From contig CAVVJT010000010.1 of NCBI GenBank assembly GCA_963748625.1, positions 32,001 through 96,000 of the forward strand: a stretch of 64,000 nt of DNA, read 5' to 3'. Positions 10,512-22,300 of this stretch are shown in pieces. Each line of letters starts with the position of its first letter. Position 1 is the first letter of the stretch. Position numbers and translations under genes: made by a program. Under the pieces are notes generated by a model. The model had not been told where the DNA came from, made no database searches, and saw only the letters and a list, made by a program, of their open reading frames with translations. This DNA comes from an uncultured Chloroflexia bacterium (lineage in GTDB: Bacteria; Chloroflexota; Limnocylindria; Limnocylindrales; CSP1-4).

Positions 10512-11197
10512 CTACCTGGGCGCCGCGACCGCCTCGTCGAGCGCGCCGGTGACGGTGCGCCTCGTGGCGTCGGCCGTCCCTGACGTATCGATCACGCGAG
10601 TGGCCACCGGTCGCAGCCGCTCCTCCATCCCCGCCTGGGCGGCCACGCGCTGGTCGGCGGTGTCCGGCGGGGTCCCGCGTCCGATGATCCGCTCCCGCTG
10701 GACAGTGGGCGTGCAGGTGATCAGCCAGACCTCGTCGCACAGCGCCGCAAGGCCACCCTCGACCAGCTTGATGGCCTCGATCGCGACCGCCGGCGCCCCG
10801 GAAGCCTCGGCCTCATCCATCCTGCGCAGGATCACCGGCCGCACTGCCGGGTGGACGATGGCCTCGAGCTCCGCGAGCGCGGAGGGCGAGGCGAACACGA
10901 CCCGTCCAAGCGATGCCCGGTCCAGCGTGCCGTCGGGGCGGCGGACCGCGGCACCGAAGCGGGCAAGGATCTGCGCATGGACGTCCGTCCCGGGCGCGGT
11001 CACATCGCGGGCGACCTCGTCGGCGTCGATCACGGCCACACCGAGCGCCGCCAGCCACCGGCCGACCTGGGACTTGCCGCACCCGATCGGGCCGGTGATG
11101 CCGATCCGGACGCTGCGCGGACGCGCGGCTCCGGGCGCAGGCCACTCGGGCACCATCTGCCCTGGCGTCGTCGGCCCGGGCGTCCGAGGTTCATCGC

Positions 11198-11201
<4 letters not shown>
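10512..11201 (-). CDS. coaE: Dephospho-CoA kinase
   Basis: IGITGPIGCGKS, IDADEVAR, LDRASLGRVVF, LEAIVHPAV; GTG overlaps ABC-F stop (GTGA). Confidence 0.95.
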
Positions 11202-13221
<2,020 letters not shown>

Positions 13222-13225
<4 letters not shown>

Positions 13226-14316
13226 GCGGGCACCGTACCGGGTCCGGGGCCGATCGCGCCGCCCGGCGGCGCCGAGCCGGCTCTCGCCGCCGCGCGCCGT
13301 GCCGCCGCAGCAGCCTTCGTGCGCTCCGCCCGCTCGCGGGCCTGCTGCGCCTCGTCGGTGGTACGGCCGAGGACTCCCTCGCCGTCGAGCTCCACCCAGC
13401 GACGCCCCTTGCGGCCGGTGGCGGCGCGGCCGCGTCGAGGGGTCATGGTGCTGAGCAGCTTCGCGGCGGCCGAGCGTTCGGCAGCAGGCAGGCGCTGGCA
13501 GAAGGAGCAGAAGTGGGTGGCGCGGATGCCGATGACGATCCGGCGGATCGGGCGGCCACAGCGCGCGCAGGGCTGGCCGGTGCGCTGGTAGACGTCCAGG
13601 CGTTCCTGCATCCCGCCGTCGCCATCGGGCGCGGTGTAGTCGTCGATGGAGCTCCCGCGGCGCTCGACCGCCTCGACCAGGATGTCGATCACGTTCCGGT
13701 AGAGGACCCGCTCGTCGTGGGGCCGCAGCGAGGCCGCGGAGCGGAGCGGGTGCAGCCTGGAGCGCCACAGGGCCTCGTCGGCGTAGATGTTGCCGATGCC
13801 GACCACGAACGACTGGTCCACCAGGAGCGGCTTGAGACGGCCCCGGCGGGTGCGCAGCCTGGCGCGCCAGGCCTTGAGGGTGAAGCGGGGGTCCAGCGGC
13901 TCAGGGCCGAGTCCGTCGAAGGGATCGTCGTCGGCAGCGTAGAGCTCGATGCGACCGAACTTGCGCACGTCCCGGAAGCGGATCTCGCGACCGTCACCGA
14001 GCGTGATGGCAAGGCGCTCGTACGGGTCCCGCGGCAGGTCCTCCGGGACGACGAAGACCTGGCCGGTCATCTTGAGGTGGATCGTGAGGAAGGCGCCGCC
14101 GTCCAGGTCGACAACGATGTTCTTGCCGCGTCGTCCGACGCCTTCGATACGGCGACCCGTGACGCCCGCGATGAAGGCGTCCGGGTCCTCGTCGCGCAGG
14201 GTGCGCGCCCACGAGACGCGCGCGCCGGCGATCTCCGGGCCGCTCGACCCCACAACTGGGAGCAGGTGGCGACGGAGGTCACGGGCAACGGTCTCGACCT
14301 CGGGTAGCTCAGGCAT
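13222..14316 (-). CDS. mutM: Formamidopyrimidine-DNA glycosylase (Fpg)
   Basis: MPELPEVETV start, RRGK, IHLKMTG, LGPEPL, GIGNIYADEAL, C-terminal CARC...CSFCQ zinc finger. Confidence 0.96.
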
Positions 14317-14444
14317 CGCCCGAGAGGATACCGAGGACCCGCTCCAGGGCCCGATCGGGGTGGCGCCGGACTGGCCGGGTCGGGCGGGCGGGCGCGGTGG
14401 CCGGGTGGGCCGGCCGTCGCCATCCCGACGCCGAAACCGCTGTT

Positions 14445-14570
14445 GCCCCGCATGTCGCCCCGCGTGGGGGCCAGATCCGGACCGTGCACGCACGGACTGC
14501 GTGGCAAACCCCGACGTTCGCCCCCGGACCACGCTCAGGCGGCCCCGGAACGGCCCACACGTGGGGCGCC
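14445..14570. repeat. ~125-bp REP/MITE-like cassette with imperfect terminal inverted repeats
   Basis: 5' gccccgcatgtcgccc, internal ccccgacgttcgccc ~63 bp later, 3' ggcccacacgtggggc (reverse complement gccccacgtgtgggcc); shares motif blocks with 32540-32665. Confidence 0.5.
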
Positions 14571-14580
14571 AGCAGCGTTG

Positions 14581-14710
14581 GGCGGGCCGCGGCCGGGGCG
14601 GGGCGGCGGGCCGCGGCCGGGGCGGGGCCGGGTCGGGTGCGCGGCCGGGGCGGAGCTGGGCGGGGCCGGAGCCGGGGCGGGTGCGCGGCCGGTGCCGGGG
14701 GCGGGCCAGG
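14581..14710 (+). repeat. G-rich low-complexity tract with 24-bp tandem duplication
   Basis: ggcgggccgcggccggggcggggc x2 (14581-14628) followed by further G3-G5 runs. Confidence 0.75.
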
Positions 14711-14768
14711 CCTCGCCTCACGGATCCCGCTTCGCGGTGCGATGACGTCGGGCACCATGAGGGGACAC

Positions 14769-15995
14769 ATGCCGACCATCCCCCCTGCCGACGCCCGCGC
14801 CGCCCGCCGCGCCGTGTCGGTGATCTTCCTCGCAAACGGTGCGATCTCCGGGTCCATGCTGTCGCGGCTGCCGGCGATCTCCGGGTCTCTCGACCTCACG
14901 CAGGGCGAGCTCGGGACGGCCGTCGCCGCGATGGCGGTTGGCGGCCTGATCGCAGGCGGGCTCGTGGGCATCCTCGTCGGGCGGTTCGGGTCGGCGCGGG
15001 TGGCGATCGTCGCGGGCACGGCGACGGCGCTCTCGCTCGCGGCGGTGGGGCTGGCCTCGTCCTGGGCGCTGCTGGCCGCCGCCTTCCTGGTCATGGGCAT
15101 GTTCGACGCGACAATGGACGCGTCGATGAACGCGCACGGCGTCGGGGTACAGCGCATCTACCGGCGCTCGATCCTCCAGGGCTTCCACGGCATGTGGAGC
15201 GTGGGTGGCGTGATCGGGTCGTTCATCGGGGCGATCCTCGCGGCCGCCGGCGTGGCGGTGGCGGTCCACTTTGGGGTCGCGGCGATCGTGCTGGCGATCA
15301 CCGTCCTCGTGGCGGGCAGGTACCTGCTCCCCTCGCCCATCGCCGACGCTCCGCACGACGCGCTCTCGGCATCCGAGCCCCTCCGGCCCCGGATGATCCC
15401 ACACCTCCTGCGGGTCCTCGTACCGATCGCCGCGCTCGGCATCCTGTGCGTCACGCTCCAGGGGTCTGCGGCCACGTGGGGTGCGGTGTTCCTCGCCGAC
15501 GTGCTGGGTGCCCCGGAGGGCATCGCCGCGGCCACGTTCACGGTCTACATGTCGGCGATGGTGCTGGGCCGCCTGACCAACGACTACTGGGTGAACCGCC
15601 TGGGGCCTACGAAGGTGGTCCGCATCGGGGCGCTGATCGGCGGGACCGGGCTCGTCCTCGCCATCGCGTCCGCACCGCTCGGCGCCGTCCCTGTCGCCGT
15701 CCTGGGCTTCGCGCTCGTGGGCTACGGGTCATCGCCCATGTTCCCGGTGATGGTCGGCGCGGCGGGCTCGCGCCCGGGGATCCCGGCGGCCCACGGGATC
15801 GCGGTGGCGTCGTGGCTGGTGCGCGTCGGCATGATCATCGCCCCGGCGATGATCGGGATCGCGGCGGATTCGTGGGGGCTGGCGGTCGCGCTCGGGATCC
15901 CACTGGTGGCGGCCGGCGTGATCGCGGCGATGGCGCCGGTGCTCGCGGGCGGCACGGTGCGGCGACGGGGGCGCGACAGCGTCCCGGCCGCCTGA
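14769..15995 (+). CDS. MFS transporter
   Basis: ~12 TM helices, SRLPAI...L, GRFGSARV, QGFHGMWSVG motifs; GAGGGG RBS before MPTIPP. Confidence 0.9.
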   Translation: MPTIPPADARAARRAVSVIFLANGAISGSMLSRLPAISGSLDLTQGELGTAVAAMAVGGLIAGGLVGILVGRFGSARVAIVAGTATALSLAAVGLASSWALLAAAFLVMGMFDATMDASMNAHGVGVQRIYRRSILQGFHGMWSVGGVIGSFIGAILAAAGVAVAVHFGVAAIVLAITVLVAGRYLLPSPIADAPHDALSASEPLRPRMIPHLLRVLVPIAALGILCVTLQGSAATWGAVFLADVLGAPEGIAAATFTVYMSAMVLGRLTNDYWVNRLGPTKVVRIGALIGGTGLVLAIASAPLGAVPVAVLGFALVGYGSSPMFPVMVGAAGSRPGIPAAHGIAVASWLVRVGMIIAPAMIGIAADSWGLAVALGIPLVAAGVIAAMAPVLAGGTVRRRGRDSVPAA

Positions 15996-16063
15996 CGGGG
16001 GCTGCCACCCCTGCCGCCTGACGGTCCCCCCCGTCGCAGGAGCCTGACGGGAGCCCGCGCGAC

Positions 16064-19000
16064 CTACGCCCCGAGCCCCGCCGGCGCCTCGTCGGCCTCC
16101 GCAAGCACGGCGTCGCGCCGGCTCACCGGCGTCATCCCCTCCCACGAGTCCCCCACCTTCGCCTCCACGGTGAGCGGCACCGAGAGCGGCAGCGCCCCCT
16201 CCATCGTCTCGCGCAGCAGCGCCACCACCCGGTCCACCTCGTGGCGTGGCGCCTCGACCAGCAGCTCGTCGTGCACCGACAGCAGCAGCCGCGCCCGGAA
16301 CGAGCCCTCGCGCAGCGCGCGATCGGCGCGGATCATCGCGATCTTCACGATGTCGGCGGCTGTGCCCTGGATCGGCATGTTGATCGCCATCCGCTCGCCG
16401 GCCGCCTTCAACGCCCGGTTCGACGAGGCCAGCTCCGGGATCTGGCGCTTGCGGCCCAGCAGTGTCGACACGTACCCCAGGTCGGCCGCGGTCTCCCGGA
16501 TGTGGATCATGTACCGGCTGATGCCCGTGTACGCCGTGAAGTAGGAGTTGATGAACTCCTGTGCGTCCTGGCGCGAGATCCCCGCCCGCGACGACAGCCC
16601 GAAATCGCTCATCCCGTAGGCCAGGCCGAAGTTGACCATCTTGGCCATCGAACGCTCGTCGGAGGTGACGTCTTCGGGCGCCTTGTGCAGCACGCGCGCG
16701 GCCGTCTCGCGGTGGATGTCGGCATCGCGGGCAAACGCATCGGCGAGGTGCTCGTCGCCCGAGACGTGCGCCAGCACGCGCAGCTCGATCTGGCTGTAGT
16801 CGGCGGCGACCAGCGTCGTGTCGGGCGAGCCCGCGACGAACGCGTGCCGGATCCGCCTGCCGAGCGGCGTGCGGATCGGGATGTTCTGGAGGTTCGGGTC
16901 GGACGACGACAGGCGCCCGGTGGCCGCGACGGCCTGGTGGAACAGCGTGTGCAGCCGCCCGTCCGGGCCAATGAGCAGCGGCAGCGCCTCCACGTAGGTC
17001 GACCGCAGCTTCGTGTAGGTGCGCCAGTCCAGCACGGGCTCGATGATCGGGTGGACGCCGCGCAGCTCCTCGAGGACCGTCGCGTCGGTCGAGTAGCCGG
17101 TCTTGGTCTTGCGGCCCTTCGGCAGCTTGAGCTCCTCGAACAGGATCTCGCCCAGCTGCTTGGGACTGCCGATGGTGAACCGGTGGCCGACGACCGCGTA
17201 GATCTCGGTCTCGAGCCGGTCGATCTCCGTCGCGAATTCGGTCTCCAGCGCGCGCAGGGCGTCCTGGTCGAGCGCGACGCCCGCCGCCTCCATCCGCGCG
17301 AGGATCGGGATCAGGGGCAGCTCGATCTCGGCGAACAGCCGCTCGGCGCCGGTGTCGCGCAGCGCCTGCTCCAGGCTCGGGCGGACCGCCAGCGCGGAGA
17401 GGGCGTCGAGCGCCGCCATCGTCGCGGGCGGGAACCCGGCGGCAGCCGGCGGCAGAACGAGGTCCAGCCGCTCCGCGACCACGTCGGCGATCTTCTGGGC
17501 CCGCAGGGCGGCGTTGACGAGATACGCGGCGACCTGGGTGTCGAAGGCGACCGCCGTCGCCGGCGCCGACGCGTCCTCCGCGAAGCGCGCTGTCAGGATC
17601 GCCTTGACCTCGTGCCCGACGAGCGGCGTCCCGATGGCCTCGAGCAGGTGGCGCAGGGCGATGGAGGCATCCGGGCCGTCAGCGGCGACCACACGTCCGT
17701 CCATGCCGGCGACGGCAAGCGCGAGCGGGATCCCGGCCAGCGGGCGCGGGTTGTCGAGCGCCATGGCGACGCCGACGGCGGGCTGGGCGCGCAGCCATGG
17801 CTCGAGGCCGGCGACGCCATCCTCGGCGACGAGCTCGAGACGCCCGGGGTCCTCAAGGGCGGCAGCCAGCGCCGCCGGCAGGTCGCCTTCCGCGACCGCG
17901 AGGGCCTCGGCACGGGCCTCGGGCGATGTCGGGCGGGCGTCGGGCGTGGTCACGGTTGTCGATGCTGTCGAGTCCGCCGCAGCCGCGGGCGCAGCGCCCG
18001 ACACCACGTCGAAGTCGAGCGAGAGTGCGAGCTGGCCGCCGGCGCGCGGGCCGGCGTACTCCCGCGGGCCCCGGCCACCGGGAGCACCCGGCGCACCGGC
18101 GCCGGCGCCGCCCGGGCCACCCGAGCCACCGGGCTTCTGGGCTGCGGGGAAGCCGGCGTCGCGCAGCTCGCGCATGGCGGTGATCGCGTCCTCGGGCCGT
18201 TCGCCCACGAGCGGTGGCAGACGGTCGATGAGGGTGCGGAACTCCAGCTCCCGGAAGAGGCGCACGACCTCATCGCGGTCGTACTCCCCCAGCCTGCCCC
18301 GGGCCGGATCGAAGGCGATGTCGCCGGCCCGAACGAGGCGCATGAGCTCGCGGCTCTCGAGGACGGTCGCCTTGTGGTCGGCGAGAAGGGGTTGGAGCTT
18401 GACCGGCGTGACCTCGTCGAGATGCTCGTACAGCGCGTCGAGCGTGCCCCAGGTCTGGACCAGCTTCGCCGCGGTCTTCTCGCCCACGCCGGGAATGCCC
18501 GGGATGTTGTCCGAGTTGTCGCCCTTGAGCGACTTGTAGTCGAGCATCTGGTCAGGCCTCAGGCCCCACCGCTCGTCGATCTTCGCGATGTCGTAGGTGA
18601 CCGTGTTCGACACGCCCCCTCGAAGCGACACCATCAGCTTCGTCCGGTCGCCCACGAGCTGGAGCATGTCCAGGTCACCCGTGAGGATGACCACCTCGAG
18701 GTCGGCGGCCTCGGCCTGGCCCACGAGCGTGGCGATGACATCATCGGCCTCGAACCCCTCGAGCTCGTACACCGGGATGCCGAGCGCGGCGACCACCTCG
18801 CGAACCTTCGGGATCTGGACGCGCATGTCGTCGGGCATGCGGGTACGGGTTGCCTTGTACTCCGCGTACCGCTCGTGCCGGAACGTCGGCTTGCCCAGAT
18901 CGAAGGCGACGGCGAGGCGGTCCGGCTTCGCGTCCTGGATCGCGCGCAGAACGATGTTCGTGAAGCCGAAGACGGCGGTGACGAGCTCACCCTTCGACGT

Positions 19001-19078
19001 GGTCAGCGGCTGGTCGATCAGCGCGAAGTAGCCACGGTAGATGAGGCCGTTGCCGTCGAGCAGGAGGAGGCGTTCCAT
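16064..19078 (-). CDS. polA: DNA polymerase I
   Basis: LLLLDGNGL, EADDVIAT, GDNSDNIPGIPGVGEKTA (5' nuclease); TGRLSSSDPNLQNIP, ADYSQIELR, VHDEL (polymerase). The 3'-5' exonuclease domain appears to lack its acidic motifs. Confidence 0.97.
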   Translation of the reverse strand: MERLLLLDGNGLIYRGYFALIDQPLTTSKGELVTAVFGFTNIVLRAIQDAKPDRLAVAFDLGKPTFRHERYAEYKATRTRMPDDMRVQIPKVREVVAALGIPVYELEGFEADDVIATLVGQAEAADLEVVILTGDLDMLQLVGDRTKLMVSLRGGVSNTVTYDIAKIDERWGLRPDQMLDYKSLKGDNSDNIPGIPGVGEKTAAKLVQTWGTLDALYEHLDEVTPVKLQPLLADHKATVLESRELMRLVRAGDIAFDPARGRLGEYDRDEVVRLFRELEFRTLIDRLPPLVGERPEDAITAMRELRDAGFPAAQKPGGSGGPGGAGAGAPGAPGGRGPREYAGPRAGGQLALSLDFDVVSGAAPAAAADSTASTTVTTPDARPTSPEARAEALAVAEGDLPAALAAALEDPGRLELVAEDGVAGLEPWLRAQPAVGVAMALDNPRPLAGIPLALAVAGMDGRVVAADGPDASIALRHLLEAIGTPLVGHEVKAILTARFAEDASAPATAVAFDTQVAAYLVNAALRAQKIADVVAERLDLVLPPAAAGFPPATMAALDALSALAVRPSLEQALRDTGAERLFAEIELPLIPILARMEAAGVALDQDALRALETEFATEIDRLETEIYAVVGHRFTIGSPKQLGEILFEELKLPKGRKTKTGYSTDATVLEELRGVHPIIEPVLDWRTYTKLRSTYVEALPLLIGPDGRLHTLFHQAVAATGRLSSSDPNLQNIPIRTPLGRRIRHAFVAGSPDTTLVAADYSQIELRVLAHVSGDEHLADAFARDADIHRETAARVLHKAPEDVTSDERSMAKMVNFGLAYGMSDFGLSSRAGISRQDAQEFINSYFTAYTGISRYMIHIRETAADLGYVSTLLGRKRQIPELASSNRALKAAGERMAINMPIQGTAADIVKIAMIRADRALREGSFRARLLLSVHDELLVEAPRHEVDRVVALLRETMEGALPLSVPLTVEAKVGDSWEGMTPVSRRDAVLAEADEAPAGLGA

Positions 19079-19319
19079 CGGCTCCGAGCCAGCGGGTTGG
19101 ATCACGGCCAGTGTAGCCGCGGGACGCACTGGGGCTCACGATGCCAAGCGCTCGTCCAGCTCCGCCATCGACCCGACAAACCAGTGGTGCCGCCCGCGAT
19201 TCGACTCCCGCACCAGGGCACCGAACGCGTTCGACGACGCGGCGGGCTCGGGCAGCGGCCCGACGATCACCATCGCCGCCGGGCGACGGCCGCGCCTCAC
19301 GTCAGCCGTCCCCGGCGCC

Positions 19320-22300
19320 TCAGAACCTCCGCACGATGATGCCTCCCCTCGTGAGCGGCACCGTGTGCTTCGCCGCGGACGTGGCCATGCTCATGGCGGC
19401 GACCCGCGCGCCGGCCGGATCTCTGAGCTCGACCCAGATCCGGTCGGTGGCCGTGCGGTCGCGGACGTAGAGCGTGATCGTGTAGCCGCTCTTGGGGGCG
19501 GTCCACCCGGGCGCCTGATAGCTCGCGCGCCCGGAGAGCTTCGCCCAGGTCGTCGTGCCGTCGCGGCCGATCCTGAGCTGCGAGAGCGTGCTCGCCCGGA
19601 CCACGTGCTGCCCGCCGGGCGCCCAGCGGATGAGCAGGATGCTTCCCTTGGGCGTGGCGCCACTGGAGCGGGCACGGGCCGTGAATGCGAAGCGGGTGAT
19701 GCCGCCCTTGCCGGGCCAGGTGAAGGCTCCGCCTCCGGAGGCCGAGCCCGTGCGCGGATCGGCGACCGCCAGCGCGCCGGTCGTGGCGCCCGCGAAGCGG
19801 ACACCATCGGCGGTGGCCTGCACCGCGTACGCCTTGGGCGACAGCTGCGCGAACGGGCACGTGACCACCAGGCTGCGCCCGTAGCCGCTGCCGCTCGGGG
19901 TCCTGGTGCACCGTCCAGACGGGGCGATCGCGCTCCCGCCGGACACCGGGACCAGCCGGATGGACAGGCCGGCCGTCCCGATGTCGCCGGGCAGCGCATC
20001 ACCCGCAGCCGTGTCAGGCACGGTCTCGGTCGCCACGACCTTCAGCGAGATGGGGCCGCTCTTCCCGGTCGTGGCCCGGACCTTCACGAAGGCAGGATTC
20101 GTGGCGGACAGGGCCAGCGTCGCGTCCTCGGCCGCCACGTTCACGGTGAGGTCGATCGCGGTGCTCAGCGTGCCGTCGGTCGCCGTGACCTTCGTCGGGT
20201 AGACGCCTGCCTTCGCAGCCACCGTGCCCGAGACCTGCGCCGTGCAGGTGCTGCCCGACCCGTCGGGCACGCAGGCAGTCGGCCCGATCGCGAGCCCGGC
20301 CGGCAGGCCGGTCGCGGCGATCGTGAGCGACGGGGAGTCGGCATCGGTGGCCGTGACGATGACCGGCGCGATGCCGTCACCGTGCTGCGCCGACACCGAC
20401 GTCGCGTCGACGCTCACGGCCAGGGCGTCCTCGGTGCCGGTCACCGAGATCCGGACCAATCCGGTGTCCGTGCCTCCGTGCCCATCCGCGACCGTGTAGC
20501 CGAAGCTGTCCGTCACGGTGTCGCCGGGGTGCAGGGTCTCGAACCGGCCCGACGGGTCCCAGGTCACGGTGCCGTCCGGATTGACGTTCGCTGCACCGGT
20601 GGTCGACCCCGTGTCGAGCCCGGTCACGACCAGCGTGTCGCCATCGGGGTCGTGGTCGTTGGCGACCAGGTCCAGGGTGATCGGGGCGTCCTCGGACGTG
20701 GTGGCGATGTCATCGACCGCCACCGGCGCGCCGTTCGTCCAGGTGCCGACCGCGACCGGGTCCACGATCCGCCCGTCGGCGACGAGGTCCGCGTCGCCTT
20801 CACCGCCGTCGACGAGGTCGAACCGGGCGACGAGGGCAGAGAAGCCCGGGAACGAGGGGTCCAGCTCGGCCTCGACCTCGTGCCAGTGGGTGGTGGGATC
20901 CGTCGCGCTGGGGCCGTGCTTCCATACGCCCTGGATGGATGCGTCCAGCGGGACATACAGGCGCGCCGTGACGCGGCCGCCCGTGGCCACGCCCCCGACC
21001 GTGAAGGCGACCAGCCCATACGGCAGCTGCAGGCGCGCCGGCGTGCCCACAGGGACCGGTGCCGCAGCGACGTCCGAGAGCCAGGTCCCGGGCGGCACCG
21101 TCACCATCACGTAGGCACCGTCGACCGCATTGGGCAGCGAGGCGACGTCCGGCTCCCCGGCGTCGGGTACGCCGTTCCCACTGGCATCACCGTCGTTGGG
21201 ACCTGCGCGCTCGACCGTATCGGCCACGCCGTCGTTGTCCCTGTCACCGTCGAGTCCGTCGAGGACGCCGTCCCCGTCGGTGTCCGAGGACAGCGGGTTG
21301 AGCCCGAGGTCCCGCTCCAGGTCGTCGGCCAGCCCGTCGCCGGCCGACGCCGCACCCGGGCGGTGCCCGGAGTCGCCGTCGGGGAGCGTGGGATCCGATG
21401 TCACCCACGCCTGGACTGCCCTTCCGTGGAATGCGAACGCGATGGCCCAGCCCTCGACCTCCTCGGCATCGGTGAGGGTGTCGCCGTCGGAGTCGATGAC
21501 GCGCGGGTCCGTGCCAAGCTCCACCTCGCGGCCGTCGGACAGCCCGTCGCGGTCGGTGTCGAAGCCGTCCACGAGGCCGTCGTGGTCCAGGTCCTCGATG
21601 TTCGGGTCGGTGTGCAGCACGTTCACCTCGTAGCCGTCCGGCAGGCCGTCGCCGTCGCTGTCGGCCATTCCCTCGACGGTCGAGATCTCGATCTCGAGGC
21701 CGTCGCCGTCCTCGTCGAGTGGTCGGATGACGCGCCACCAGTCAAGGAAGCCGGCGAACGTGGCAGGGAGCACGTCGTAGACCTTCGTCTCGATCAGCTC
21801 GTACTCGGGCGCATCGCCCTCGCCGCTGAAGTAGTGGTTGCAGGCGTAGTGCTCGCACTTGATGGCAGCGGCGATCCCCTTCGCCTCGACGTGGTAGGTG
21901 ACCGCGAACTCGGGGTCAGGTGCCGCCGGGAGAACCCAGGCCTGCACCTCGTGGCGCTGGCAGCAGCTCTGCGCGACGAGGTTCTCGGCCAACCGGTAGA
22001 CCTCGACGTCCGACTGGTGGCTGCCGGCGATGACCTCGTCGACCTGCCATGTCGTGGTGTCTCTCGGCGTGGTGTCGGTCGCATCGTCGGGCGGCGTGCC
22101 CGGCGTCGCCCACAGGCCCGCGCCCGCCCACGTCCACCACAGGTCGTACAGGTAGGACCAGGTGTCGTAGTCGCCTGATGGGTCGATGTAGCCCACCGGG
22201 AAATCGCTGGCGTACGTGTCGGAAGACACGCCGATGGCGTCACCCACGTCGATCCCGTTGCCGTCGGCATCCTCGAGAACGGCGCGCGTGCGCTCCAGCC

